Positions 38,703 through 47,786 of a stretch of DNA of 64,000 nucleotides are shown here, piece after piece. The translations under genes were made by a program, and so were the position numbers. The notes beneath the pieces are model-generated. The model had not been told where the DNA came from, ran no database searches, and saw only the letters and a program-made list of their open reading frames with translations. The stretch covers positions 32,001 through 96,000 of the forward strand of contig CBDEFO010000006.1 of the NCBI GenBank assembly GCA_965237525.1, given 5' to 3'. The DNA comes from Candidatus Latescibacterota bacterium (GTDB lineage Bacteria > Latescibacterota > CBDEFO01). How positions within the stretch are numbered: the stretch's first letter is position 1; every line of letters begins with the position of its first letter.

Positions 38703-39686
38703 ATAACTACACAGGATCGTTCACCCACACAGGAGGAGAAGGAGTTCAAAGCCAAGCGTAAGGCGGACTGGGATGAGGTCAAGCGGTTCTGGGAAACGAT
38801 AAAGGATACTCAGAAGTCTGACGAGAAGGCTGATCCTCAATATCGACTCGCGCCCGAATATTTCCAGATTTATCTGGAGAAGAGACCTTCGGAGTTGGCG
38901 ACGAAAGCCCTCGGCAATGCGTTTACAATGTGGGGCAACTTGAAGGGAGTCAGTGAAAAGGTCCAAGAAGCCCTGATACATATTTCCTATCAGGAGGATG
39001 TATGGGATAAAGTCGAACATGGTTTGTGGCGAGCCTTCTCCCAAGACGATCGCTCTGAAGAAGTGCTGGCACTTTTGGAAGAACTGGTGCAGAAGGTCGT
39101 TCCTCTGAAGAGCCGATCTGCTTTGTTGTTCACTTTAGCTCGAGAGTGGATGGGAAAAGACGAGACGGAAAAAGCGCGCCAAGGCTTCGAACAGATTATC
39201 GAGTGGAATGGCTCCGAATGGCACGTAGAACAGGCAAAAGGAAACGTCTATGAAATCCAGAGCTTGAATGTAGGACAGCCGGCGCCTCACTTCGCCGTAA
39301 ACGATATAGATGGTAACCCTATAGACCTCGAGGACTATCGCGGGAAAGTCGTGCTCCTGCATTTTTGGTCTACAGGCTGCGGTTTTTGCCGTTACGTTTA
39401 CCCTCATCTGCGGAAGATAGCTGAAGAGTATCCGGAAGATAAGGTTGCCCTTATTGGTATATCTGAGGATATGGATTTTGAGACCCTCCGAGCCACGATA
39501 AAAGAAGAGGAATTCACCTGGCCTCAGCTATGTGAAGGCAAAGGCTGGAAGGACACTGTTGTAAGGCTCTACAATGTAAATGGCATCCCTAGCGCATACA
39601 TACTCGATAGGGATGGGAATATCACTTTTAAGATTAGTGGTGGGAAAAGCGGGCAGGAAATTGAAGAAGCGGTAAGTTCCTTGTAG
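38703..39686 (+). CDS. TlpA-like thioredoxin/redoxin with helical N-terminus (start uncertain: ATA 38703 or TTG 38895)
   Basis: GQPAPHF..GKVVLLHFWSTGCGFC..GIPSAYILDRDG; frame is open from ~38688. Confidence 0.75.
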   Translation: MTTQDRSPTQEEKEFKAKRKADWDEVKRFWETIKDTQKSDEKADPQYRLAPEYFQIYLEKRPSELATKALGNAFTMWGNLKGVSEKVQEALIHISYQEDVWDKVEHGLWRAFSQDDRSEEVLALLEELVQKVVPLKSRSALLFTLAREWMGKDETEKARQGFEQIIEWNGSEWHVEQAKGNVYEIQSLNVGQPAPHFAVNDIDGNPIDLEDYRGKVVLLHFWSTGCGFCRYVYPHLRKIAEEYPEDKVALIGISEDMDFETLRATIKEEEFTWPQLCEGKGWKDTVVRLYNVNGIPSAYILDRDGNITFKISGGKSGQEIEEAVSSL

Positions 39687-39703
39687 TAGAATAGAAGCAC
39701 ATC

Positions 39704-40342
39704 ATGCTCACAATATTTACAGTAGCCATCACAAGCTACATACTCGGCTCTATTCCCACGAGCATAATAGTCTCTAAATTGCTTAAGGGAATAGACATCA
39801 GAGACTACGGGAGCAAGAACGCCGGGGCTACAAATGTATATAGGACATTAGGTCTCTGGCCGGCTGTATTTGTGAGCTTAATAGACGTAGCCAAAGGCGC
39901 TGTCTGTGTCCTCTGGGTCGCTAAGATCTCTATTGATCTATCTCCACTGGATACTAACTTCCTGGAGATCATCGCAGGGGTGGCGGTCATCTGCGGACAT
40001 ATATGGACGATATTCGCCCGCTTTAAGGGAGGAAAAGCGGTCAACACTGCGTTTGGGGTTATGGTAGCTCTGTCCTGGGTATCGGCTCTTATATGCCTTC
40101 TGGTCTGGATCGTAGTCACCTTCTCCACTCGCTATGTCTCCCTCGGATCGATATCGGCCGCCTTATCGCTGCCATTGGTCGTAGCAACACAGAAGTTCAC
40201 GCTAAAGATGGGTCTGTCGGACGAACTCTTTATCTTTACATGCCTTTCCGCTCTCTTGATCATAGCGGCTCACAGGTCCAACATAGGCAGGCTTATAAAG
40301 GGTCAGGAGAACCGATTCGGAAAGAAAAGGGAGCAGAGATGA
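39704..40342 (+). CDS. plsY: Glycerol-3-phosphate acyltransferase
   Basis: GSKNAGATN, FKGGKAV, HRSNIGRL. Confidence 0.95.
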   Translation: MLTIFTVAITSYILGSIPTSIIVSKLLKGIDIRDYGSKNAGATNVYRTLGLWPAVFVSLIDVAKGAVCVLWVAKISIDLSPLDTNFLEIIAGVAVICGHIWTIFARFKGGKAVNTAFGVMVALSWVSALICLLVWIVVTFSTRYVSLGSISAALSLPLVVATQKFTLKMGLSDELFIFTCLSALLIIAAHRSNIGRLIKGQENRFGKKREQR

Positions 40343-41337
40343 ACATTGCCTTACTCGGAGGTGGAAGCTGGGGCACAGCGCTTTCTGTACTCCTTTCTCA
40401 AAACGGCAACAGCGTCAAGCTCTATGAACGGACTCCCGAAACGGCAGAGGAGATGGCGCGCACCCGCGAAAATAAGATCCGTCTTGAAGGGGTGGTGATA
40501 GACCCTGATGTTTTCATCTCATCGGATCTGGATGCCGTCCTGGACGAAAACGAGATGATTGTCTTTGCCGTCCCCTCGCACTCTCTCAGGGAAGTGGCCA
40601 GGAGGCTTTCGGGCATCGATCTTGAAGGAAAGATCGCCATCAGCGTTGTCAAAGGCATCGAAAACGATATGCTCAAAAGGATGTCGGAAGTCCTGGAAGA
40701 GGAGCTTGCCCCATCAGGTCTGGAGGACATAGTCGCACTCTCAGGTCCCAGCCACGCGGAGGAGGTCGTAAGGTGCATACCCACAACAGTCGTCGCCGCC
40801 TCCAAGAGGATACAGGCCGCTCAAGCGGTCCAAGAGATCTTTATGAGTCCATCGTTTAGAGTCTATACAAATAGCGATCTTTTAGGTGTGGAACTCGGCG
40901 GAGCACTAAAGAATATTATAGCCCTGGCATCGGGCATGTGCGACGGACTCGGATTCGGAGATAACACCAAGGGAGCCCTTATTTCCAGGGGACTCCTTGA
41001 GATCGTCCGACTCGGAACGGCTATGGGAGCGGACGCCGCCACTTTCTACGGACTCTCCGGCATAGGGGACATCGTCACCACCTGCGCAAGCCGCCACAGC
41101 CGCAACAGATACGTCGGCGAACAGGTGGGCAAAGGGAGAAAACTTAAGGACGTCTTATCCGAAATGACCATGGTTGCAGAAGGGGTCAAGACCACGAAAT
41201 CTGCACTTCAACTATCACAAAAATTCGAAGTAGAAATGCCCATCACAGAACAGGTCCACTCTGTGCTTTTCCAGGATAAGGATCCCAAAGACGCAGTATC
41301 ACAGCTTATGATCAGAGAGGCAAAACCCGAAACATAA
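40339..41337 (+). CDS. gpsA: NAD(P)H-dependent glycerol-3-phosphate dehydrogenase
   Basis: GGGSWGTAL, LSGPSHA, GALKN, SRNR; ATGA overlap with plsY. Confidence 0.96.
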   Translation: MNIALLGGGSWGTALSVLLSQNGNSVKLYERTPETAEEMARTRENKIRLEGVVIDPDVFISSDLDAVLDENEMIVFAVPSHSLREVARRLSGIDLEGKIAISVVKGIENDMLKRMSEVLEEELAPSGLEDIVALSGPSHAEEVVRCIPTTVVAASKRIQAAQAVQEIFMSPSFRVYTNSDLLGVELGGALKNIIALASGMCDGLGFGDNTKGALISRGLLEIVRLGTAMGADAATFYGLSGIGDIVTTCASRHSRNRYVGEQVGKGRKLKDVLSEMTMVAEGVKTTKSALQLSQKFEVEMPITEQVHSVLFQDKDPKDAVSQLMIREAKPET

Positions 41338-41382
41338 GTAGCCAGCAAAAAGCAGACAGGGAGGAGGAAAAACTATCGTAAT

Positions 41383-41808
41383 ATGCAGGTAAAAAAGATA
41401 TACTACTCCATAAGCGAAGTATCAGAGCTTGCCGTTGTTGAACAACACACTCTGAGGCATTGGGAGAGCAACTTCTCCATCCTCAAACCCAGAAGGACCA
41501 GGGGAGGCAAACGCTCCTACAAAGAGCGCGATATTAAGATAGTACTTCTGCTGCACAGACTCCTTAATGAGGAAGGACATACCACGGAGCACACGAAGCA
41601 GAGGCTGAAAGACGATAAGGAGTTTGTAAGACAGTTTATGGATATCCCTCTTGAACAGGCGCTGTCGCAGCCCACGCTCGATCTAAAGCAAAAAAAGGAG
41701 CCCATTGAAACCGAGGAACATGCCGAAGAGGTAAGCGCCTCCGATGAGCTTATCTCGGAAATAAGGAAAGACCTGCAAGAGGTTCTGGCTATGGTCGAGG
41801 ATCTGTGA
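41383..41808 (+). CDS. MerR family transcriptional regulator
   Basis: YYSISEVS..TLRHWESNF..RSY. Confidence 0.88.
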   Translation: MQVKKIYYSISEVSELAVVEQHTLRHWESNFSILKPRRTRGGKRSYKERDIKIVLLLHRLLNEEGHTTEHTKQRLKDDKEFVRQFMDIPLEQALSQPTLDLKQKKEPIETEEHAEEVSASDELISEIRKDLQEVLAMVEDL

Positions 41809-41832
41809 CAATTTTCCCCGACAAATCTTAAT

Positions 41833-41877
41833 GTAGGGGCGGTGGCCCCCCTTGGGGCGAGCAGACCTCGCCCCTAC
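41833..41877. repeat. GTAG-type REP
   Basis: GTAGGGGCG...GGGGCGAGCAGACCTCGCCCCTAC. Confidence 0.8.
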
Positions 41878-41918
41878 GGAAACGAACATTACAGGTTCTG
41901 TAAAGGATAAGTTGTATT

Positions 41919-43622
41919 ATGAGACTCTCCAAGGCGTTTATACCTACTTTGAAGGAGATTCCCCAGGATGTGGTGGCTAAAAGCCATCAGCTTATGCTCA
42001 AGGCGGGGATGATACGCCTCCATACAACCGGCGTCTATTCGTATCTGCCCTTTGGCTGGAGGGTCCTCCAGAATATCAGACGAATCATAAAAGAGGAGAT
42101 GGACAGGATAGGAGGGCAGGAGTTTTTGCTGCCGTCGCTGAGCAGGATGGAAATCTGGAAGGCTACGGGGAGAGAAGATGAGATAGGCGACGACATGTTC
42201 AAACTCAAGGACCGAAAGGGATCTGAGCTCTGCCTGGCTCCTACGCACGAGGAGATATTTACAGAGATAGCCCAAAAGGAGATCAGATCGTATCGGGAAC
42301 TCCCTCAGATATGGTATCAGATACAGACCAAGTTCCGCGATGAACCGAGACCTCGCTCAGGAGTGCTGAGAGGCAGGCAGTTCCTGATGAAAGACGCCTA
42401 CAGCTTCGACGTTGACGAGGAGGGGCTGGAGGTAAGCTACAGGCTCCAGAAGGAGGCATATCTTCGAATTTACAGGCGCTGTGGTCTGGATGTCCTTACC
42501 GTCTCCGCCTCAAGCGGAATTATGGGCGGGAGCGAATCTGAGGAGTTTATGGTCCTGTCAGACTCAGGCGAGGACGAAATCGCCCTCTGCGAAAGCTGCA
42601 GCTACGCATCCAATATGGAAGTAGGCCGCTCCGTCGCCAGGGTCTTTGACTTTGAAAGCCGCCCTGCAGAAAAAGTCCACACGCCCGGCACAAAGACAAT
42701 AGCCCAGGTCTGTCAATTCCTGAAAGTTGAGCCCCATCAGCTTATGAAGTCTCTCCTCTTTATGGCTGATGACCGCCCTGTAATGGCTCTTGTTAGGGGC
42801 GACCATAACCTGAGCGAGGCCAAGCTAGCAGAGATCCTGGACGCAGAAGTCCATCCCTCCACAGAGGAGGAAATCCTTGAGATAACAGGAGCGCCCGCAG
42901 GGTTCATCGGTCCTGTCGGTCTTAAGGGCGTGGAGACGATAGCTGACCCCACGCTTAAGGATCAAAAGGCGATAATCACAGGAGCAAACCAAGAGGACTA
43001 TCACTTCAGGGGACTTGAGGCCGGAAGGGACTTCAGGGCCAACAGATACGAGGACATAAGATATATCAAGACAGGTGAAGGCTGTCCAGAGTGCAAAGAA
43101 CCCATAAAGGTAACGCCCACTACAGAGGTCGGTCACATATTCAAACTGGGCGTCAAATACTCGAAGGCTTTAGGGGCCACTTTCCTCGACTCAAAGGGGC
43201 GGGCCAAACCCATAGTTATGGGCAGCTACGGAATAGGCCTCGAGAGGGTAATGGCGACTGTCATAGACCAGGACGCAGATGAAGACGGAATCGTATGGCC
43301 TATCTCAATCGCGCCTTATCAGGTTCACATCCTTCCTGTAAATGTCTCACACCCGGAGACTGTAGATATTTCCGAAAGGCTCTACTTGGATCTCCGGTCA
43401 AAGGGGCTCGAAGTTCTGATGGACGACAGAGACGAAAGACCCGGGGCAAAGTTCAAGGACGCTGACCTTTTAGGCATCCCCATAAGGCTTACAGTCGGAG
43501 AGCGCGGTCTTGCGGAAGATATCGCAGAGATCAGGTATAGATCGACCAAAGAGGTGGAGAAAGTCAAGACAGAGAGTATCCAAAAGAGGGTCATAGAGAT
43601 CATCAGGGAGCTGAATTTGTAG
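41919..43622 (+). CDS. proS: Proline--tRNA ligase (with editing domain)
   Basis: LAPTHEE, FRDEPRPR, MKDAYSF, MGSYGIG. Confidence 0.97.
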   Translation: MRLSKAFIPTLKEIPQDVVAKSHQLMLKAGMIRLHTTGVYSYLPFGWRVLQNIRRIIKEEMDRIGGQEFLLPSLSRMEIWKATGREDEIGDDMFKLKDRKGSELCLAPTHEEIFTEIAQKEIRSYRELPQIWYQIQTKFRDEPRPRSGVLRGRQFLMKDAYSFDVDEEGLEVSYRLQKEAYLRIYRRCGLDVLTVSASSGIMGGSESEEFMVLSDSGEDEIALCESCSYASNMEVGRSVARVFDFESRPAEKVHTPGTKTIAQVCQFLKVEPHQLMKSLLFMADDRPVMALVRGDHNLSEAKLAEILDAEVHPSTEEEILEITGAPAGFIGPVGLKGVETIADPTLKDQKAIITGANQEDYHFRGLEAGRDFRANRYEDIRYIKTGEGCPECKEPIKVTPTTEVGHIFKLGVKYSKALGATFLDSKGRAKPIVMGSYGIGLERVMATVIDQDADEDGIVWPISIAPYQVHILPVNVSHPETVDISERLYLDLRSKGLEVLMDDRDERPGAKFKDADLLGIPIRLTVGERGLAEDIAEIRYRSTKEVEKVKTESIQKRVIEIIRELNL

Positions 43623-43826
43623 GAAATGATGTTGAATTGGGGTTTTATACAGGCTGTATATAATTCCTACAAAACTTATGATAATTATGACTTAACAGAA
43701 TGATAGTTCTAATATTACAGGTTTTTTCTTAACATTTCAGTGGGGTCTTATATAGCTCAAATAGCTGTATATAGGTTCTTAGCTTAGAAAACAGTATAAG
43801 CCCTAGTTGGAAGCAAAGGAGGAATC

Positions 43827-44642
43827 ATGAGAACGGTAATCTTCCCATTCTACAGGATCAGGCAATACGAGCTTGGCATTTTAGAGTTCCTCGGCAAATA
43901 CAGGAAGTTTGTTGAGCCCGGATTCCATACACAGTGTCCGCTGCTAAGCATCACTCGCGTGCGTGATGTTCGAGAACACACAATGGATATCCAACCACAG
44001 CATGTAATTACAAAGGACAACGTCGAGATCAACGTGGATGGCCTCATCTGGGTTAGGCCGGGATTCACAGCCGAGGAGATCATGAAGACGTTCTACAACA
44101 TTGATAATTGGAAGGACGCGGTTCTCCTATTGGCAAAAACGAACCTGAGGCAGGAGTTCGGCGAACTGACCCTCGACGAGAGCTTAACAGCCCGTGAACG
44201 CATTTCTTCAAACCTCCAGAGCACCCTCGACACTATGACGGATGATTGGGGGTTGAAGGTCACCAAGGTTGAAATACGGCTCATCGACCCACCTAATGAC
44301 ATCAAGATCGCCATGCACAAGCAGAAGACCGCAGAACAGGAACGCCGGGCGATGAAACTGCTTGCCACGGGCAAGTTCGAGGCCGCCGAACAGGAGAAAC
44401 TCGCGGTAATTCAGGCCGCAGAGGGACAAAAGGAAGCCGAAATCCTAGTGGCAGAGGGCAAAGCAAAGGTGATACAACTGGTCAATGAAACAGCCGACAA
44501 GTACTTTGTCGGAAATGCCAAAGATCTGAAGACACTGGAAGTGACTGAGGCTTCTTTGCGCAACAACGCCAAGGTCATTCTTACTGAGAAGGGCATTTCT
44601 CCGCAGATCATCGTGGGGGAAATCCCCGCGGCTCTAAAGTGA
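43827..44642 (+). CDS. SPFH/band 7 family protein (probable cassette gene)
   Basis: VITKDNVEI, WGLKVTKVEI, AEQERRA; flanked by GTTGGAAGC (43806) and GCTTCGAAC (44645). Confidence 0.88.
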   Translation: MRTVIFPFYRIRQYELGILEFLGKYRKFVEPGFHTQCPLLSITRVRDVREHTMDIQPQHVITKDNVEINVDGLIWVRPGFTAEEIMKTFYNIDNWKDAVLLLAKTNLRQEFGELTLDESLTARERISSNLQSTLDTMTDDWGLKVTKVEIRLIDPPNDIKIAMHKQKTAEQERRAMKLLATGKFEAAEQEKLAVIQAAEGQKEAEILVAEGKAKVIQLVNETADKYFVGNAKDLKTLEVTEASLRNNAKVILTEKGISPQIIVGEIPAALK

Positions 44643-44801
44643 TCGCTTCGAACAAGCGAATCCACCAGACATGAAATAGCCGCGCCCGGTGCGTCCACCT
44701 CAGAAGTTACCAGATTGACTCAAGTAAACGGTAATGAGTTTATTCTACTGTCTAACGGATATGGCCGTTGTGTGGCAAATCGAGAAACTGGAGAGAGCCA
44801 G

Positions 44802-44999
44802 ATGAAATACAAGATTGCAATTCAGGAAACAGAAGAAGGTTTCAGCGTCTCCGTACCGGGGCTTCCAGGTTGTTGGTCTCAAGGGGTAACAGAAGAAGAG
44901 GCTTTGGAGAATATCCAGGATGCGATCCGTGAGTACCTCGCTGCTCGTGATGAACTGCTCGAGGATGCAGTAATACGTGAAATCGAAGTTGTAGACTGA
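44802..44999 (+). CDS. hicB: HicB family antitoxin (short)
   Basis: VPGLPGCWSQGVTEEEALENIQDAI. Confidence 0.9.
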   Translation: MKYKIAIQETEEGFSVSVPGLPGCWSQGVTEEEALENIQDAIREYLAARDELLEDAVIREIEVVD

Positions 45000-45001
45000 G
45001 C

Positions 45002-45214
45002 GTGCCAAAGGTACCAGGTATCAATCATCAAAATGCCGTTCGGGCATTGGAAAAGGCCGGTTTTCGTGTCGTTCGACAGGGTAAGCACATCGTGATGAGT
45101 GATGGTGTGCGTATTCTCACTATTCCGCGGCACAATCCGGTGAATGCCTATACTATGGGAGGTATTGTGCGTGATGCAGGTTTGTCAGAAGAAGAATTTC
45201 GTGAATTGCTATGA
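45002..45214 (+). CDS. hicA: HicA family toxin
   Basis: RQGKHIVM..LTIPRH..GGIVRDAG. Confidence 0.9.
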   Translation: MPKVPGINHQNAVRALEKAGFRVVRQGKHIVMSDGVRILTIPRHNPVNAYTMGGIVRDAGLSEEEFRELL

Positions 45215-45223
45215 AGCTCTATC

Positions 45224-45281
45224 GTCTAACAACGGCATGCACCTGACTCGCTGCGCTCGCAGGTGACGCTGAGCGTTCGGC
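45224..45281 (+). mobile_element. attC site
   Basis: GTCTAAC aacggcatgCACCTGactcgctgcgctcgCAGGTGacgctgagc GTTCGGC directly after hicA. Confidence 0.82.
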
Positions 45282-45445
45282 AACATAATCGGGGGTTCAA
45301 AGTACTATTTACATAAGAAGCAAGAAAATGTCTATTTTAACTTAGTTATTGTAATTGGTGAATATATTTGGATAGTTGTGAAAAGGACAGGACAGATAAC
45401 TATTCACAAAATAGCCATCTTTCACAATTCACAAGGGAGGGCCAA

Positions 45446-45871
45446 ATGTCCAGCCGCGGGATATCAATATTGATGTTGTCTTTTCTCCTTTTCCTCGGGA
45501 TTGGATGCTCGAAAAAGGTAGACGTTTCTCAGCCTTACGCCCAGAACTCCGAGGAGGATAACCATATCACGATTGAGCTTAAAGATGGAACTGTAATAGA
45601 GGGCACAATAGGCAAGATAACCGAGAAGGTTCTCCTTATGGGCTACACCAAAATGGTGCCAGGCTCAGATCCCCCGAAGCCTGACTTCTTCAGTCTCACG
45701 ATAGAGCTTGAGAAGATCACAAAGATGCAGAAATCTGTGACCAATGTCCCTTTGACCGTAATCCTGATTGCCGTTATCGTTATAGCCATTGTAGTAGCTT
45801 TGGTAACAATTAAGAGACGCTTTGGGGCCGATGAAGCCCTGAGGCCGGCAGAGGGCAAAGATTCATCGTAA
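45446..45871 (+). CDS. Hypothetical lipoprotein with C-terminal TM helix
   Basis: GGGAGG RBS, lipobox-like IGC, hydrophobic C-terminal stretch. Confidence 0.65.
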   Translation: MSSRGISILMLSFLLFLGIGCSKKVDVSQPYAQNSEEDNHITIELKDGTVIEGTIGKITEKVLLMGYTKMVPGSDPPKPDFFSLTIELEKITKMQKSVTNVPLTVILIAVIVIAIVVALVTIKRRFGADEALRPAEGKDSS

Positions 45872-45883
45872 AGGAATAAGATC

Positions 45884-46822
45884 ATGAAATATAGGGTACT
45901 CGGAAGGACCGGGCTGGAAGTCTCCGAGATAGGCTTCGGGGGGTGGGCGATAGGAGGCAACGAGTTCGGCAACAGTTACGGCTCTACTGACGACCAGGAA
46001 TCCATAAGAGCTATACGGAAGGCCCTCGACTCAGGCTGTAACTTCTTCGACACCGCAGATGTCTACGGACACGGCAGGAGTGAAATCATCTTGGGACAGA
46101 CTCTCAAGAGTAATAGGAAGGATCTTTACATCGCCACAAAGGTCGGGGGGGATTTCTACGCTCCCACGCCGGGGATCAACTTCTCCCCGGAGTACATAGC
46201 CTTTGCCGTAGATCAGAGTCTCGGTAGGCTTGAGACCGACTACATAGACCTCTACCAGCTCCATAATCCGACGCTGGATATGATCAAAGATGGCTCCGTC
46301 TTCGACACTATGGAAAAGCTCAAGGACGACGGCAAGATCAGATTCATAGGCGTCTCAATCTTTGAACCGGTCGAGGGAATAGAAGCTATCAAGATCGGGA
46401 AAGCTGACGCAGTTCAGGTTGTCTATAACATATTCTCCCAGGGAGCCGCAGAGGAACTCTTCCCCCTTGCCCTTCAGGATAATGTCGGCATAGTCGCCAG
46501 AGAGCCGCTTGCCAACGGGTTCTTGACTGGCAAGTACACAGCCCGTTCCAGGTTCGAAGAGGGCGACATCAGGTGCAATTGGCCTTCCCAAATGATCGGT
46601 AGCAGAGTCCAGGTAGCCGATTCTCTGAAGGAATACCTGTCGCCGAGTAAAAGGAGCCTTACACAGTGGATTTTGAACTTCGTCTTAGCGCGAAAGGCTG
46701 TATCTGTGGTAATCCCCGGCAGCAAGACCGAGGAGCAGGTAGAGGAGAACCTCGGTGCCTCTGACGTCGAACTTCCTACAGATGCTGAGCTTGAGCAGCT
46801 TCGCAACCTGTTCAGACGATAG
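45884..46822 (+). CDS. Aldo/keto reductase
   Basis: LGRTGLEVSEIGFG, FDTADVYG, IDLYQLH, VIPG. Confidence 0.94.
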   Translation: MKYRVLGRTGLEVSEIGFGGWAIGGNEFGNSYGSTDDQESIRAIRKALDSGCNFFDTADVYGHGRSEIILGQTLKSNRKDLYIATKVGGDFYAPTPGINFSPEYIAFAVDQSLGRLETDYIDLYQLHNPTLDMIKDGSVFDTMEKLKDDGKIRFIGVSIFEPVEGIEAIKIGKADAVQVVYNIFSQGAAEELFPLALQDNVGIVAREPLANGFLTGKYTARSRFEEGDIRCNWPSQMIGSRVQVADSLKEYLSPSKRSLTQWILNFVLARKAVSVVIPGSKTEEQVEENLGASDVELPTDAELEQLRNLFRR

Positions 46823-46824
46823 CC

Positions 46825-46960
46825 GTAGTACAAGTAGGCAGTACTCAGGTGAGATTGCCTTTGTCATACAGGGCAGCACTGCCGCTTTTCTGGGGAGAAA
46901 GCAAGCCCCCGATAGATTCAATCGGGGGCAAGGCACAAAGTGGGCAAAGCAATCTCATTG
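46825..46960. repeat. Palindromic repeat cluster
   Basis: GAGATTGCCTTTG..CAAAGCAATCTC enclosing CCCCCGATAGATTCAATCGGGGG. Confidence 0.75.
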
Positions 46961-47018
46961 AGCTGGCCATCAAAGGGGTATCGAAGAACTCTTTGGGTAA
47001 AGAGCAAAGGGGAACTCT

Positions 47019-47771
47019 GTGAAAGCCTTCATCGGAGACAAAGCTCAAGTCGGAGAGGATACACAAGCTGGACACTACGCGGTAATCTGTGACGGCGCTG
47101 TGGTGGGCAAGGACTGCAGGATCGGACACCATGTCGTCATACATCCCGATGCGATCATAGGGGACGGCGTCAGAATAGACGATCACGCAGTCATAGGAAA
47201 GCGCCCTTTCAGGGCCGCGCGGAGCATACTTAAGCAGGAGAAGCACCTTGCGCCCGCAAAGATCGGAAACGGCTCTATAATAGGCACTTTCGCCTGCGTC
47301 TATATGGGGACCACAGTCGGGGAGAAGGTGCTCGTGGCAGATCTGGCCACGGTCAGAGAAAATACCCAGATAGGTGATCTGACCATCATCGGCAGAGGTG
47401 TGACTGTCGAGAACTATTGTAGTGTCGGAGTAAAGTGCAAATTGGAGACCGAATGTTATATCACGGCCTACTCCACGCTTGAGGACTTCGTATTTGTGTC
47501 GCCGCAGGTTACGACCACCAACGACAACTTTGTGGGAAGGACCCAGGAGAGACTAAGACACATCAAGGGTGTAACAGTGAAAAGGGGGGGGAGAATAGGG
47601 GCAGGGGCGGTCATACTCCCCGGCAAGGTGATAGGGGAAGACGCCCTTGTTGCGGCAGGATCGGTAGTCACAAAGGACGTGCCTCCCCGCAAGGTAGCTA
47701 TGGGTTGTCCCGCCTATGTGTGTGGGGACGTGCCAGAGGAACAGCTACTTGAAAATCAAGGCTGGGAATAG
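47019..47771 (+). CDS. Hexapeptide-repeat sugar N-acetyltransferase (WbpD-like)
   Basis: Left-handed beta-helix repeats, TTTND, AAGSVVTKDVP. Confidence 0.85.
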   Translation: MKAFIGDKAQVGEDTQAGHYAVICDGAVVGKDCRIGHHVVIHPDAIIGDGVRIDDHAVIGKRPFRAARSILKQEKHLAPAKIGNGSIIGTFACVYMGTTVGEKVLVADLATVRENTQIGDLTIIGRGVTVENYCSVGVKCKLETECYITAYSTLEDFVFVSPQVTTTNDNFVGRTQERLRHIKGVTVKRGGRIGAGAVILPGKVIGEDALVAAGSVVTKDVPPRKVAMGCPAYVCGDVPEEQLLENQGWE

Positions 47772-47786
47772 CAGGTGCACAATCCG

